A DNA stretch of 64,000 nt from the NCBI GenBank assembly GCA_038209745.1, contig JBBQXJ010000012.1:1-64000 (forward strand), written 5' to 3'. Position 1 is the stretch's first letter; each line of letters opens with the position of its first letter. Positions 17,766 through 28,739 of the stretch are shown here, piece by piece. The notes beneath the pieces were generated by a model. The model had not been told where the DNA came from. It ran no database searches and saw only the letters and a program-made list of their open reading frames with translations. The translations under genes were made by a program, and so were the position numbers. The DNA comes from Verrucomicrobiota bacterium. Its GTDB lineage: Bacteria; Verrucomicrobiota; Verrucomicrobiia; Limisphaerales; CANJSG01.

Positions 17766-17859
17766 GAGCAAGAGGCGGGGCGACGGCTCCCGCCGAACCG
17801 CCCGGGGACGAACTCCTCTCTTGCATGCGATTCTGGCAACTCCGGAGCGTTCCGGAGTC

Positions 17860-18105
17860 GCCGTGAAGTGCCGAGGACGCGAATATCTGCGGATCATCTA
17901 CGGACCGGAATACACCGCGCCGGAGAAGCTTGAACGCCTCCGTTCGCGCGGCCTGAAGACCAAGCGCTCGCTGGCTCTGCGCGAGTTTGCCCCGGGCATT
18001 GAAGGACTAGGGAGTTTCGTCGCCAAGGGAGCGCTCCGGCGTCTCCATGAATGCGTCTTCGGAGTGCAGGCGTTGGAAAGCGAACCCGTGGACCCCGGAC
18101 TCTAG
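17860..18105 (+). pseudogene. 3' remnant of bacterial polynucleotide kinase-phosphatase (Pnkp ligase domain)
   Basis: AVKCRGREYLRIIYGPEY..KRSLALREFA..HECVFGV.ALESEPVDP.L* matches the conserved Pnkp C-terminus; only ~80 codons remain. Confidence 0.85.
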
Positions 18106-18112
18106 CCGAACG

Positions 18113-20803
18113 TCAGACGATATGCCTGCCGCCGCCGTCGTGACCTTCTCCGTCCAGGTCGATGAGGACGTCGCGTGCCTTGGCGCCGTTGGACGGGCCG
18201 ATGATGCCCATGTCCTCCAACTGGTCCATGATCCGCGCAGCGCGGCCGTAGCCGAGGCCGAGCCGGCGCTGGAGGAGCGAGGTGCTGGCCTTCTGTTCCT
18301 CACGGAGAATCTGGATGCACTTGTCGATGAGCTCCTCGTCCTCGCCGGAGCCTTCCCCGTCGAGATCGAGATCGCGCGAGGGTTTCTGGAGCTGCTTATG
18401 GATCTCCATCTCGTAGCTCGGCTTGCCCTGCTTCGCGATGTGGTCGACGAGCTGCTGGAGCTCTTCGTCGGTGATGAGCACGCCCTGGATGCGGGTGAGC
18501 TTCGCGGAGCCGGGAGGCAGAAAAAGCATGTCGCCCTTGCCCAGCAGCTTGTCCGCGCCCATCTGGTCCAGAATGGTGCGGGAGTCGACCTTGCTGGCGA
18601 CCTGGAAGGCGATGCGCGCGGGGATGTTCGCCTTGATCACGCCGGTGATGACGTCGACGGAAGGACGCTGCGTGGCGACGATGCAGTGGATGCCGGCGGC
18701 GCGGGCCATCTGGGTGATGCGGGCAATGGCCATCTCCACGTCGGCGGGGGCGACCAGCATCAGGTCCGCGAGCTCGTCGATGATGACGACGATGTACGAG
18801 AGCTTGTCGGGAATGACGATGTCCTCGTCGCGGGGGACGACGATCTCCTCGTCGAGCTCGACGGCAAAACCTTCGGAACTGATCTCCACCTTCTCCTTGT
18901 TGGAGGTGAGCAGAAGTTCGGGTTCGGAAACCTTGGGCGGGGGAGGCGTCTTGGGGCGGTCGTTGAACGACTTGATGTTCCGGACCCCCACCTTGGCGAA
19001 GATCTGGTAGCGCTTCTCCATCTCGTTCACCACCCAGCGCAGCGCGAGGACGACCTTCTTGGGATCGGTGACGACGGGGACGACCAAGTGCGGGAGGGCG
19101 TTGTATTGCTGCAGCTCGACGACCTTGGGATCGATCATCACGAAGCGGAGCTGGTCGGGGGCGAAGCGGTAGAGCAACGACGCGATGATGGCGTTGATGC
19201 AGACCGATTTTCCCGAGCCGGTGCTGCCGGCGACCAGCATGTGCGGCATGTCGGAAAGGTCCGCGATGACGGGATGACCGTAGACGTCTTTGCCCAGGGC
19301 GATGGGGAGACGCGCCTTGGACTTGTGCCATTCGTCCGACTCCAACAGATCGCGCATGATGACCTTCGTCTTCACGGCGTTGGCCACTTCGATGCCGACG
19401 GAGGACTTGCCGGGAACAGGCGCCAGGATGTTGATGCGCTCGGCTTTGAGCGCGGCGGCGATGTTGTTCGAGAGGGCGGAGATCTTCTCCAGCTTCACGC
19501 CGGGCGCGGGATGCAGCTCGTAGCGGGTGATGGTGGGGCCGCGGGTGATGTCGCCGAGGGCGACCTCGATGCCGAACTGCGCCAGGGTCTGTTGCATGAG
19601 CCGCGCGTTGGCCAGGAGCAGCTCCTTGCTTTCGCCGGCCTGCACGGTGGTGTCCGGGAAATTGAGAAAATCCACCGTGGGCAGCTCGTAGTTCCCGATC
19701 GAAGGGGTCGCGGCCACGGTGATGCGCTTGGGCTTGCGGGCCGTAAGCCTCGGCTTGGCCGACGAACCGGCGCCACGAGGCGAAGAGTCCCCTTCCCCGT
19801 CTTCGTCGAACATCGGCGCGGCACCTTCATCGTCCGGGTTCCAAGGCGGAGCGCCTTCTTCCGACCGACCCGACACCGGGTCTCCGGTGGCGGCCGCCCG
19901 CACTTCGGCGGCGGGAATGGTTTCCCCTTCTTCCAGCTTGGCGGACCGGTTTTCAGAGCTGCCTTCATCGGATCGCTTACGGGCGAGCGCGGCGGCAGGT
20001 CGGGGCACAGGAATGCTGTGGTCGCGGATGGTCGGCTCGGGCACGGGCTGGAGGTCGGCACCCAATCCGGACCGGGCTTCGTCGGGTTCGGGCTCGGCAT
20101 CTTTGGCGCCCTTCGTCTTGCGGGCGCTCTTTTGCATCTGCTTCTCTAGGTCCTTGGCCTGCTTCTCCAGATCGCGACGGCGACGGGCGAGCTCGCGCTC
20201 TTCGGGAGTGGCTTCGGGATCGATCTTCTCACGGCTGGTAATGGAGTGGATCCAATCACGCAGGTGGAAGTTCGTGAGGAACAGGAGGCTGATCCCGTAG
20301 AGGGTGGCGAGGACGATGATCCCGCCCACCTTGCCGACGGTCATCAGGGAGCCGCCTTTCAGGGAGGTGCCGATGATGCCGCCGGAGCTGGGAGCCCCGA
20401 GGCTGGACCTGATGTTCTGGAGCACGGTCCAGTCGATCTCGAACAGGCTGAGCATTCCCATCGCGCTGGCCAGCAGGCCCAATATCCAGGGCCAGCGTCG
20501 GGTCAACCAGGCGAAGCGCTCAAAGAAGCAACCAAGCGCGGCGGCGAACATCCCGAAGGGTACGAGGAAGCCGACCGCACCGAAGACGTTGAACATCACC
20601 ACGGAGAGCGTCGCTCCGATGGGGCCCACCAGGTTGTGCGGGTTGGCGTTCGGCGTGGAGACGTTGAAGCCCGAATCCGCCTTGTCGTGGGACATGAGGG
20701 CGATCAACAGCAGGAGCCCGAGCGCGATCAGCACGATCCCGACGACTTCGTGCGTTTGGCGCTTGGGTTCCGATTCCACCGTCTTTTCTGCTCCGCGAGG
20801 CAT
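18113..20803 (-). CDS. ftsK: DNA translocase FtsK
   Basis: N-terminal TM domain, PHMLVAGSTGSGKS, IIDELADLM, ATQRPSVD, gamma domain LLQRRLGLGYGRAARIMD. Confidence 0.95.
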   Translation of the reverse strand: MPRGAEKTVESEPKRQTHEVVGIVLIALGLLLLIALMSHDKADSGFNVSTPNANPHNLVGPIGATLSVVMFNVFGAVGFLVPFGMFAAALGCFFERFAWLTRRWPWILGLLASAMGMLSLFEIDWTVLQNIRSSLGAPSSGGIIGTSLKGGSLMTVGKVGGIIVLATLYGISLLFLTNFHLRDWIHSITSREKIDPEATPEERELARRRRDLEKQAKDLEKQMQKSARKTKGAKDAEPEPDEARSGLGADLQPVPEPTIRDHSIPVPRPAAALARKRSDEGSSENRSAKLEEGETIPAAEVRAAATGDPVSGRSEEGAPPWNPDDEGAAPMFDEDGEGDSSPRGAGSSAKPRLTARKPKRITVAATPSIGNYELPTVDFLNFPDTTVQAGESKELLLANARLMQQTLAQFGIEVALGDITRGPTITRYELHPAPGVKLEKISALSNNIAAALKAERINILAPVPGKSSVGIEVANAVKTKVIMRDLLESDEWHKSKARLPIALGKDVYGHPVIADLSDMPHMLVAGSTGSGKSVCINAIIASLLYRFAPDQLRFVMIDPKVVELQQYNALPHLVVPVVTDPKKVVLALRWVVNEMEKRYQIFAKVGVRNIKSFNDRPKTPPPPKVSEPELLLTSNKEKVEISSEGFAVELDEEIVVPRDEDIVIPDKLSYIVVIIDELADLMLVAPADVEMAIARITQMARAAGIHCIVATQRPSVDVITGVIKANIPARIAFQVASKVDSRTILDQMGADKLLGKGDMLFLPPGSAKLTRIQGVLITDEELQQLVDHIAKQGKPSYEMEIHKQLQKPSRDLDLDGEGSGEDEELIDKCIQILREEQKASTSLLQRRLGLGYGRAARIMDQLEDMGIIGPSNGAKARDVLIDLDGEGHDGGGRHIV

Positions 20804-20916
20804 GCCGCGAGCCTAAGAGGGCACGGGGTCGGGTCAAAATGAAACTTCCACGCGTGCAAAGATCGGGCCGAAGATTTCCCCTTCCAGAAGGATCGATCCT
20901 GCCGATGCCATGGAAG

Positions 20917-23793
20917 ATGACCGTTTCTGTGCCCGCCGACGATGCGAGGCGACTGGCTGCCCTTCGCCGGTATGACATCCTCGACACCGGACCGGAGGAG
21001 GCCTTCGACGAAATCACGCGGACCGCCGCGCGGATGTTCGAGGTGCCGATCTCACTGGTCTCGCTCGACGACGGCTGCCGGCATTGGTTCAAGTCGCACA
21101 CTGGATGGGAGCAGACCGAGATCGCCCCGGAAATCTCGTTCTGCAGCCACGCGCTGCTCACGGGTGACATCATGGAAGTCCCGGACGCAACCCTGGACGA
21201 ACGGTTCAGCTCCAATCCATTGGTCAGCGGCGCTTTCGGGGTCCGGTTCTATGCCGGGGCGCCCTTGGTCACCCAAGATGGTTTCCCCGTCGGCACCCTG
21301 TGTCTCGTCGACGTCCGCCCCAAGCTCCTGACCCCACAGGAAAGGGATCTTCTCCGGTTCATGGGGAACCAGGTGGTGGCCCTTCTGGAACTGCGACGAA
21401 AAGCAACCGAGCTCGCTCGTCGCGAGGAACAGCTGGAGAACGCCTTCGACGCGGCAGGACTCGGCGTCTGGGAGTGGGACATCGACTCGGGGACCGTCAA
21501 CTGGTCTTCGCAGGCCAAGACGCTGCTCGGGCTGCCCGCGTCCGACGAATTGTTCTCGCTCGAATCGCTCCGGACCCAGTTTCTCGCCGAAGACGTCGAC
21601 CAGGCGGAGCCGTCTTTCAATGCCTGCATCTCGGGCACGGCGGATCGACTTCGGATCGAGCTGCGGGCCTTCGTCGGTGGCTCGGCGCCGCGCTGGTTTC
21701 AGTTCGAGGGACGAACCCATCGCAACCGGGACTCCGATCGACGCCGCATGACCGGGGTCATCCGCGACGTGACCGCCCAAAAGGCGCGCGACGAGGTGAT
21801 CCGGACGAGCGAACGCCACTTCCGCAGCTACTTCGAGATGCCGCTGGTCGGCTTTGCCGAATCGACACCGGACATGCGCTGGATCGAGGCCAACCCAAGG
21901 TTTTGCGAGATGATGGGCTACACGTGGGACGAGCTCCACGGCCGATCATGGGCGTCGCTGACCCATCCAGAAGATCTCGCCTCCGATCTGGGACCCTTCG
22001 AGGAGGTCATCGCCGGAAGATCGGATGGCTATTCACTCGAGAAACGATACGTCCGGAAGGACGGTTCCATCCTTCACGCCGAGATCTCAGTCCGCTGCCT
22101 GCGCCGGCCCGACGGTTCCGCGGAATCCTTCGCCGCCATGGTGCAGGACATATCGGAGCGCAAACAAACCGAACTGGCCCTGCGCGAAAACGAACGGCGG
22201 CTCTCCCTCATCTTCAACAACGCGACCGATGCAATGGTCTTGATCCGGGTTCAGGCCAAGACGGAATTCCATATCGTATCGGCGAACGCCCGCTTCGTGG
22301 AACGCCTCTCCGGCCAAGCCGGCGATCTCTACGACGAAGACATCGTGGGCCGCCCCGTGACGGAGCTGACCGGATCCATCTTCGGAGTCGACGCCGCCAC
22401 GGGTCGTTCCACGGTGGAGCGGCTGGCCCGCATCGCCGAAGAGTGCGTCCCCGAGACGTTCGAAGAGCGGATCCAAGGGGCCGCGGGGATGCAGTCCGGT
22501 GAAACCGTGCTCACCCCGGTGTCCGATTCATCGGGCCGCTGCGTGTTCATCCTCTATTCGTCCCGCGACATCACCGAGCGGGACCAGGCCCGGGACGAGC
22601 GCGACCTGCTGGAAGCCCAACTCCGCCAAGCCCAAAAAATGGAGGCCATGGGCACCCTTGCCGGCGGCATTGCCCACGATTTCAACAACATCCTCGGCGC
22701 CATCATGGCGTATACCGATCTGGCCTTGATGGACCAAGGCGATCATGCCGCCCAGAAGGAGGACTTCGCGCAGATCATGAAAGGCAGCGACCGGGCCAGG
22801 AAACTCGTCGAGCAGATCCTGTCCTTCAGCCAGCAACAAAAGCAGGAGCGGCGCCCCGTCCGGCTCAAACCCGTGCTCACTGAAGTGTTGCGCCTGCTCC
22901 GTTCCACCCTGCCCGCTTCGGTCAACCTCGACGTCTTGATCCAGCCCGATACGCCCACCGTTCTGGCAGATCCGACCCAGATCCATCAAATCATCATAAA
23001 CCTCTCGACCAACGCCTCCCACGCCATGCGCGGCGAAGGCACGCTGGGCATCAGACTGGAAGGCGTTTGGGTGGACCAGAACACGGCCGCAGACACCCCC
23101 GATCTCCGCGTCGGCCCCTACGCGCTCCTGACCCTCACGGATACCGGTCATGGGATGCCCGCACAGACCATGAAACGGATCTTCGAGCCCTTTTTCACGA
23201 CGAAACCACCGGGCGAAGGCACTGGCCTCGGACTGTCGGTCACCCATGGCATCGTCAAGGAACATGAAGGCGCCATCACCGTCGCCAGCCAACCCGGCCA
23301 CGGAACGACGTTCCGCATCTATTTCCCCGAGCATGCGGTCCCGGCCGCGAACGACCTCTCGGCCCACCCGGCGATCCTTGGCGGCCAAGGAGCACTCGTG
23401 CTGGTGGTGGACGACGAACCCGCCATCTGCCACGCCGTGGGCGGCTCTCTCCAACGCATCGGCTACGAAGTCGCCCTGGCCAACTCCGCCCGTCAGGGCC
23501 TCGAAATTTTCAGCGCGGCCCCGGAAGCGTTCGACGCTGTCATCACGGACCTCAACATGCCGGGCATGACCGGTCCCGACCTCGCGGCAAGATTGTTTGA
23601 AATCCGTCCCGGGATCCCGGTCTTCCTCGCCACCGGATTCAGCGCGCAGTGGAACCAAAAAGCAGCCCTTGAGTTCGGCTTCCGCGACATCCTCCACAAA
23701 CCCGTCTCCATCACGACCCTGGCCCAATCGCTCCATCGCGTGCTCCATCACGACGCTCCCTCCGATCCTGTCCTCGCAGACCCCGTCATCTGA
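20917..23793 (+). CDS. Hybrid histidine kinase, GAF-PAS(x3)-HisKA-HATPase-REC
   Basis: [17 protein letters not shown] repeats, [11 protein letters not shown]-box, GTGLGL, receiver VVDDE..TDLNMP; start could be 20839. Confidence 0.9.
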   Translation: MTVSVPADDARRLAALRRYDILDTGPEEAFDEITRTAARMFEVPISLVSLDDGCRHWFKSHTGWEQTEIAPEISFCSHALLTGDIMEVPDATLDERFSSNPLVSGAFGVRFYAGAPLVTQDGFPVGTLCLVDVRPKLLTPQERDLLRFMGNQVVALLELRRKATELARREEQLENAFDAAGLGVWEWDIDSGTVNWSSQAKTLLGLPASDELFSLESLRTQFLAEDVDQAEPSFNACISGTADRLRIELRAFVGGSAPRWFQFEGRTHRNRDSDRRRMTGVIRDVTAQKARDEVIRTSERHFRSYFEMPLVGFAESTPDMRWIEANPRFCEMMGYTWDELHGRSWASLTHPEDLASDLGPFEEVIAGRSDGYSLEKRYVRKDGSILHAEISVRCLRRPDGSAESFAAMVQDISERKQTELALRENERRLSLIFNNATDAMVLIRVQAKTEFHIVSANARFVERLSGQAGDLYDEDIVGRPVTELTGSIFGVDAATGRSTVERLARIAEECVPETFEERIQGAAGMQSGETVLTPVSDSSGRCVFILYSSRDITERDQARDERDLLEAQLRQAQKMEAMGTLAGGIAHDFNNILGAIMAYTDLALMDQGDHAAQKEDFAQIMKGSDRARKLVEQILSFSQQQKQERRPVRLKPVLTEVLRLLRSTLPASVNLDVLIQPDTPTVLADPTQIHQIIINLSTNASHAMRGEGTLGIRLEGVWVDQNTAADTPDLRVGPYALLTLTDTGHGMPAQTMKRIFEPFFTTKPPGEGTGLGLSVTHGIVKEHEGAITVASQPGHGTTFRIYFPEHAVPAANDLSAHPAILGGQGALVLVVDDEPAICHAVGGSLQRIGYEVALANSARQGLEIFSAAPEAFDAVITDLNMPGMTGPDLAARLFEIRPGIPVFLATGFSAQWNQKAALEFGFRDILHKPVSITTLAQSLHRVLHHDAPSDPVLADPVI

Positions 23794-23957
23794 AACGGAC
23801 GGATCCAGCCGGAACGAGGAAGTGACTTCGTCGAACTCGGATCGGGCGGAACGTAAACACCACGATCCTCCGCCTGTGCCCCCAACGGAAGGGTCCGCAC
23901 GACAACCTCCACGAAGCGACCTCCCACCTTGGGGTTCCAATGGCTTCGAGTCCGCGT

Positions 23958-24524
23958 TCAGCGCCGGAGCCGCTTCTTGGTCTCCGCCTGCAAGTCGTCC
24001 AGATCCTCCCGGATCTTGTCCTTGTCCGGCAGGCTCATGCGGTCGATGAAGAGAATCCCGTTCAGATGATCCACCTCGTGCTGGACCGCGCGGCCGAGCA
24101 ATCCCCCGGCGCGAAATTTTACCTCGCGCCCCTCCACGTCGATCGCGGACACCTCCACCGATTCGAGCCGGGTCACGTCCGAATAGATCTCGGGAAAGCT
24201 CAGACAACCTTCGGGACCCTTCGCGGGATTTCCGAACGGGGCCACCTCCGGATTGAGGAGCACCAGCGGCATGTGCTTCTCCGGATCCACCGACTTGCCG
24301 CCGACCTCCATCGTGGAGGGACGGTCGGTCACATCCGTGACGTCGATGACGGTCAACAGGAGCGCCTCACCGACCTGCTGGGCGGCAAGACCGACGCCGT
24401 GCGCGTCATACATCGTCTCGATCATGTCCGCCACGAGGGCCTTGATCCGCGGGGTGATTTCCTCGATCCGCGCCCCTTTCTTGCGCAGGACGGGATGGCC
24501 GTATTTGACGATTGGCAGGATCAT
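23958..24524 (-). CDS. def: Peptide deformylase
   Basis: GVGLAAQQVG, EGCLS, QHEVDHLNG. Confidence 0.95.
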   Translation of the reverse strand: MILPIVKYGHPVLRKKGARIEEITPRIKALVADMIETMYDAHGVGLAAQQVGEALLLTVIDVTDVTDRPSTMEVGGKSVDPEKHMPLVLLNPEVAPFGNPAKGPEGCLSFPEIYSDVTRLESVEVSAIDVEGREVKFRAGGLLGRAVQHEVDHLNGILFIDRMSLPDKDKIREDLDDLQAETKKRLRR

Positions 24525-24534
24525 CGTGTCGCGT

Positions 24535-25674
24535 TCACTCCGTGGGCCAGTTGTTCATCAACGCGGCCAAGTCCGCCACGGTCGGGCTCTGCGCGTTGCG
24601 GACGTAATGCCCGCTGGTGGACACGCCGCAGAGCACGCTGGCTGCATTGTCCAGGCCCAGCAACTTGCCGAGGCAGAAGCCGCTGTTGAAATGGTCGCCC
24701 GCACCGGTCGTGATCCTGGGGTTCTTGCAGGTCGGTCCCTGGACCACGTCCGCCCGGCCGTCGGAAACCGCCAGTGCGAAGGACACCGGATGGACGACGA
24801 GGGTCTCTACCGGCACCCGCTGCTGGATCCGCATCGAAAGATCGGTGAGCCCGTTCCAATCGGTTCCTTTCGACGGAAGCCCCAGCACCTTGGCGATCTC
24901 GTAGGCTTCCTTCTCGTTCAAGCCCAGGATCACGTCGAACTTCTCCTGGAATTTCACGATCAGATCCAACGCACGCTCGATGTCCTTGGCCACCCGCTTC
25001 TCGGGATCGGCCAGGTCGAAGAAGATCCGCCGTTTCGATCCGTCGAGCCCGGGGAAAAGCTCGGAGTCGATGCTGGACCAGATGTCGCTCATGAACGGAA
25101 GCATCGTCCAGTTGACGAAGGCCACGAGGCTCGAAGAACCCAGCTTGGCCGCGAACCTGGCGTGCCCGAACCGCTCGCCGATCGTCGCCCAGTTGATCTC
25201 CTTCAACGACTCGTGCTTGCCCTGCATGATCTTGCCGTCGGCGAACTCGATCGCGTCCGTGTAGCCCGGCTCCGCGATGCTGTGGACCTCGGCGCGCGTG
25301 GCGAAATCCGCGAAAACAGGATGAAGGTTCGGATACCCAAGATTCCCCAGATAGGCCACCTGGAGGCCGAAGCTTGCGAGGGCGTTCGCCATGATCGGAC
25401 CGTTGCCCCCCAGCTTGGGGTTGGGCGCGATGTTCGCGTTCCGCACGAACTCGACGTTCGTGCTCCGGCCGGCCGCCTCGACGAGGCGTTCGCCGTAGGC
25501 CCGGATCGTCGGGATCTCGGTGTATTTCTCGAAGTCGATCCGCTTGTCCACTACGCGGAAGATTTCATCGACGAAGCCATCCAGACCCACGAAGGCGGTC
25601 AGTGCTGGAACCTGGCTGGAGGCGGCTAGAAGGCGCGCGGCTACTCCGCTGCGGAATGTCTGGGAACTCTGCAT
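24535..25674 (-). CDS. PfkB-family carbohydrate kinase-like protein
   Basis: GGNGPIMA N-terminal motif, NEKE, TTGAGDHFNSGF. Confidence 0.75.
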   Translation of the reverse strand: MQSSQTFRSGVAARLLAASSQVPALTAFVGLDGFVDEIFRVVDKRIDFEKYTEIPTIRAYGERLVEAAGRSTNVEFVRNANIAPNPKLGGNGPIMANALASFGLQVAYLGNLGYPNLHPVFADFATRAEVHSIAEPGYTDAIEFADGKIMQGKHESLKEINWATIGERFGHARFAAKLGSSSLVAFVNWTMLPFMSDIWSSIDSELFPGLDGSKRRIFFDLADPEKRVAKDIERALDLIVKFQEKFDVILGLNEKEAYEIAKVLGLPSKGTDWNGLTDLSMRIQQRVPVETLVVHPVSFALAVSDGRADVVQGPTCKNPRITTGAGDHFNSGFCLGKLLGLDNAASVLCGVSTSGHYVRNAQSPTVADLAALMNNWPTE

Positions 25675-25683
25675 GGGATTGGA

Positions 25684-26613
25684 TCAATCAACACTGACAC
25701 CGACGATGCCGAGGATTCGGCCGAGTTCGTCGTCGTCGTGAAATCGGACTTCGAGCGCGCCCTTGCCGGCACGGTAGCGGATGATGACCTTCGTTCCGAA
25801 CCGCTCCTGGAGCTTGCTCTCCAGATCGAGGACGTGCGCGTCGCGCGAGACCGGCTTTCCCGGGCCCTTGGCCGGGGAGGCCGAACTCCGGGGGGTCGAC
25901 CAATGGGCGATCAGGACCTCCGTCTGCCGCACGTTCAACGCCTCCCGCAAAACCTTTTCGGCGGCCAGTTCCTGCTCCGGCCCGGTGGGCAGTCCGAGAA
26001 TGACCTTCGCGTGGCCGACGCTGAGGCGGCCCTGCCGGAGATGCGTCCGAATCGACTCGGGCAGTTTCAGCAGCCGCAGCGCATTGGCCACGGAGGCACG
26101 GCTCTTGCCAACCTTCTGCGCGGCCTGCTCCTGGGTGAGCCCGAACTGCTCGATCAACTGCTGGAAACCCAGCGACTCCTCCAGGGGATTGAGGTTCTCG
26201 CGCTGGAGATTCTCGACGAGCGCAAGTTCCAGAACCGTCGCATCGTCGGCCTCGCGCACGATCACCGGCAGCTCGACCAAGCCCGCCAATTGCGCGGCCC
26301 GCCAACGCCGTTCACCGGCGATGATCTCGAAACCGTCCAGGCTCGTCCGGACGATCAACGGCTGCATCACGCCCTGTTCACGGATGGATGCGGCCAGCTC
26401 TTCCATGGCCGCGGCGGGGAAATCTTTGCGTGGCTGGAACGGGCACGGCCGGAGCTTGATGACCGCGACTCTTTGGACCCGTTCCCCGGCCGGAACGACC
26501 GATCCGGACGCGATCGAAATCGATCCGGGCACGGCGGGAGCCGGCGGCTTCGGCTGGGCGTTTTGCCCACCGAGCAGCGCTCCCAAACCCCGTCCTAGAG
26601 CCGATTTCGACAT
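25684..26613 (-). CDS. parB: Chromosome partitioning protein ParB/Spo0J
   Basis: LGRGLGAL, QPRKDF, AGERRWRAA, ENLQRENL, HTH GKSRASVANALRLL. Confidence 0.93.
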   Translation of the reverse strand: MSKSALGRGLGALLGGQNAQPKPPAPAVPGSISIASGSVVPAGERVQRVAVIKLRPCPFQPRKDFPAAAMEELAASIREQGVMQPLIVRTSLDGFEIIAGERRWRAAQLAGLVELPVIVREADDATVLELALVENLQRENLNPLEESLGFQQLIEQFGLTQEQAAQKVGKSRASVANALRLLKLPESIRTHLRQGRLSVGHAKVILGLPTGPEQELAAEKVLREALNVRQTEVLIAHWSTPRSSASPAKGPGKPVSRDAHVLDLESKLQERFGTKVIIRYRAGKGALEVRFHDDDELGRILGIVGVSVD

Positions 26614-27128
26614 GACGGCCAGACTGCGAAACAGGGTTTCAAAAGTCCAGAATCGGTTTGGAACCAACGCACACACGAGCATCTATGCTGCCGCTCTAAC
26701 AGGGGCGCTTGGCGTGACGCTGACCCTTCAAAAACGACTCGGCGAACCGCGTTTCCTTCTCCGCATCGAACGGGGGGAGCGATTAGGGGCAGCGCGGTTC
26801 TGAACAAGCCGACTAGCTGTGGAGGCACAACCGGCCATTTCAGGCTGACACGGGTGGGATCCACCCGGACATCCTTGCCGGGTGGCGAGGTTTGGCAGGA
26901 AACTCTTTCACCTTCGTCCGGTGCCTCGCGGTCATTTCCAGCGCGTTGCCGTGATGGCACGGTTCCGGTTAAGCACGGGATCGATAGCCTGTTCGTTGTT
27001 CGTTGGCCCAGCCGTGCTGAGCCGGGGAGATGGCGTGAAGTCGTGCCGGCCATTGGACTGGATTCCCGATAACAAACCGCTGTGGGCTTCGCCCGGCGCG
27101 GTCTCGGTAACCCAATGAGGAAAAAATC

Positions 27129-27335
27129 ATGAGCCTGATCAAACTGGGCCTCAACCGCCTGTCCGTGTCCGACAAAACCCAATTCGGCCGCCAAATCGTG
27201 CGGGCGATGACGGCCGCCCGCGCAGCCGGCAAAGCCAGAACGACGGTGCAGGGCGACGCGGCGAAGGAGGTGGACTGGGAGATCGCGCAGCTGGCATCCA
27301 CTCGCCAGTTGCAGCGCCGGAAGGCTTTCCCGTAG
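27129..27335 (+). pseudogene. Probable truncated gene (N-terminus resembling helical-domain + FN3 proteins)
   Basis: GAGG RBS upstream. MSLIKLGLNRLSVSDKTQFGRQIV.AMT resembles the start of that family from memory, with an apparent internal deletion and early end. Confidence 0.4.
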
Positions 27336-27349
27336 TTTCCGCGCGGCGA

Positions 27350-28222
27350 ATGAAGATCTATATCGACGGCCAGTTTTACGACGAAGCGAACGCGAAGATT
27401 TCCGTGTTCGATCATGGACTGCTCTATGGCGACGGCATCTTCGAGGGCATCCGCGCCTACAACGGGCGCGTCTTCAAGCTGAAGGAGCACATCGACCGAC
27501 TCTTTTGTTCCGCCAAAGCCCTCCTTCTCGAAATCCCGCTCTCGCATGCCGAGATTTCCAAGACCGTGGTCGAGACCTGCCGGGTCAACGACCTCCGCGA
27601 CGGCTACATCCGCCTCATAGTCACCCGCGGAGTCGGCACTCTCGGCCTCAATCCCAACCGTTGCAAAAGTCCCTCGGTCATCGTCATCGCCGGAAAGGTC
27701 CAGCTCTACCCCGAGGAAATGTATGAGAAGGGAATGGCCATCGTCACCGTGCCGACCGTGCGCAATCTCCACAGTGCGCTGAACCCGGCCATCAAGTCGC
27801 TCAACTACCTGAACAACATCCTCGCCAAGATCGAAGCCAACAACGCGGGCGTGGAGGAGGCCATCATGCTCAACTCCGAAGGCTTCGTTGCGGAGTGCAC
27901 CGCCGACAACATCTTCATCTTGAAGGACGGGAAGCTCTTCACCCCGCCCCTTTCCGCCGGCGCCCTCTACGGCATCACCCGCGGCACCGTAATCGACCTG
28001 GCCAAGCAGGCTGGCATCGATGTGTCAGAGCCCAATCTGACGCGCTACGACGTCTTCAACGCGGACGAGTGCTTCCTCACCGGCTCCGGGGCCGAGATCA
28101 TCCCGGTGATCAAAGTGGACGGCCGCATCGTGGGAGACGGACATCCCGGTGCGGTGAGCAGGAAGTTGATTGGTGACTACCGCGCCTTGACCCAGAGCAC
28201 TGGGGAGCCGATATACTTCTGA
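27350..28222 (+). CDS. ilvE: Branched-chain amino acid aminotransferase
   Basis: DHGLLYGDGIFEGIR, KSLNY, L.GITR, DECFLTG. Confidence 0.93.
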   Translation: MKIYIDGQFYDEANAKISVFDHGLLYGDGIFEGIRAYNGRVFKLKEHIDRLFCSAKALLLEIPLSHAEISKTVVETCRVNDLRDGYIRLIVTRGVGTLGLNPNRCKSPSVIVIAGKVQLYPEEMYEKGMAIVTVPTVRNLHSALNPAIKSLNYLNNILAKIEANNAGVEEAIMLNSEGFVAECTADNIFILKDGKLFTPPLSAGALYGITRGTVIDLAKQAGIDVSEPNLTRYDVFNADECFLTGSGAEIIPVIKVDGRIVGDGHPGAVSRKLIGDYRALTQSTGEPIYF

Positions 28223-28226
28223 GCTT

Positions 28227-28736
28227 ATGCAGTGCATGGTTTGCAAACAAAACGTCGCCAAGGTGCATCTCACCCAGATCGTCGGGGACAAGATGCAAAA
28301 GGTCGACCTGTGCGAGGCGTGTGCCAAGGAGAAGGGCGTCAATGATCCCGCAGGTTTCTCTTTGGCCGATCTGCTTCTTGGTCTCGGCGCCAGCCAGGAG
28401 ATCGACCAAGGCAGCGAAGGCGCGGAATTGAAGTGTCCCCGCTGTGGCTTTACCCAGGCGGACTTCAAGAAAAACGGCCGGCTGGGCTGTTCCGAGTGCT
28501 ACGTCACCTTCGCGGAAGGCCTGGAGACGCTCCTCAAAACCATGCACAAAGGCACCCATCATGCCGGCAAGGTCCCTGCCGCCCTTCGCCGGAAGGTCGA
28601 CTTTTCCGAGCGCCTGACCTCGCTCGACAAGAAGCTCAAAGACGCCATTCAGAAGGAGGACTACGAGAGCGCTGCCCGCCTTCGGGACGAGATGAACGAA
28701 ATGAAGGAGAAACTGGCCTCCACGGCCGAGACGTGA
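28227..28736 (+). CDS. mcsA: McsA (CxxC motifs + UvrB/C motif)
   Basis: Four CxxC motifs, GRLGCSECY, EDYESAARLRD; upstream of mcsB-clpC. Confidence 0.9.
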   Translation: MQCMVCKQNVAKVHLTQIVGDKMQKVDLCEACAKEKGVNDPAGFSLADLLLGLGASQEIDQGSEGAELKCPRCGFTQADFKKNGRLGCSECYVTFAEGLETLLKTMHKGTHHAGKVPAALRRKVDFSERLTSLDKKLKDAIQKEDYESAARLRDEMNEMKEKLASTAET

Positions 28737-28739
28737 ACC

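Noticed and set aside
18047..20149. Long antisense ORFs (here and e.g. 4870-6810, 29683-32280, 8248-9834)
   Set aside because: Shadow frames of well-supported genes in high-GC DNA; no recognisable motifs.
26955..26975. TGGCACGG, a possible sigma54 promoter
   Set aside because: No GC at the required 10-nt spacing.
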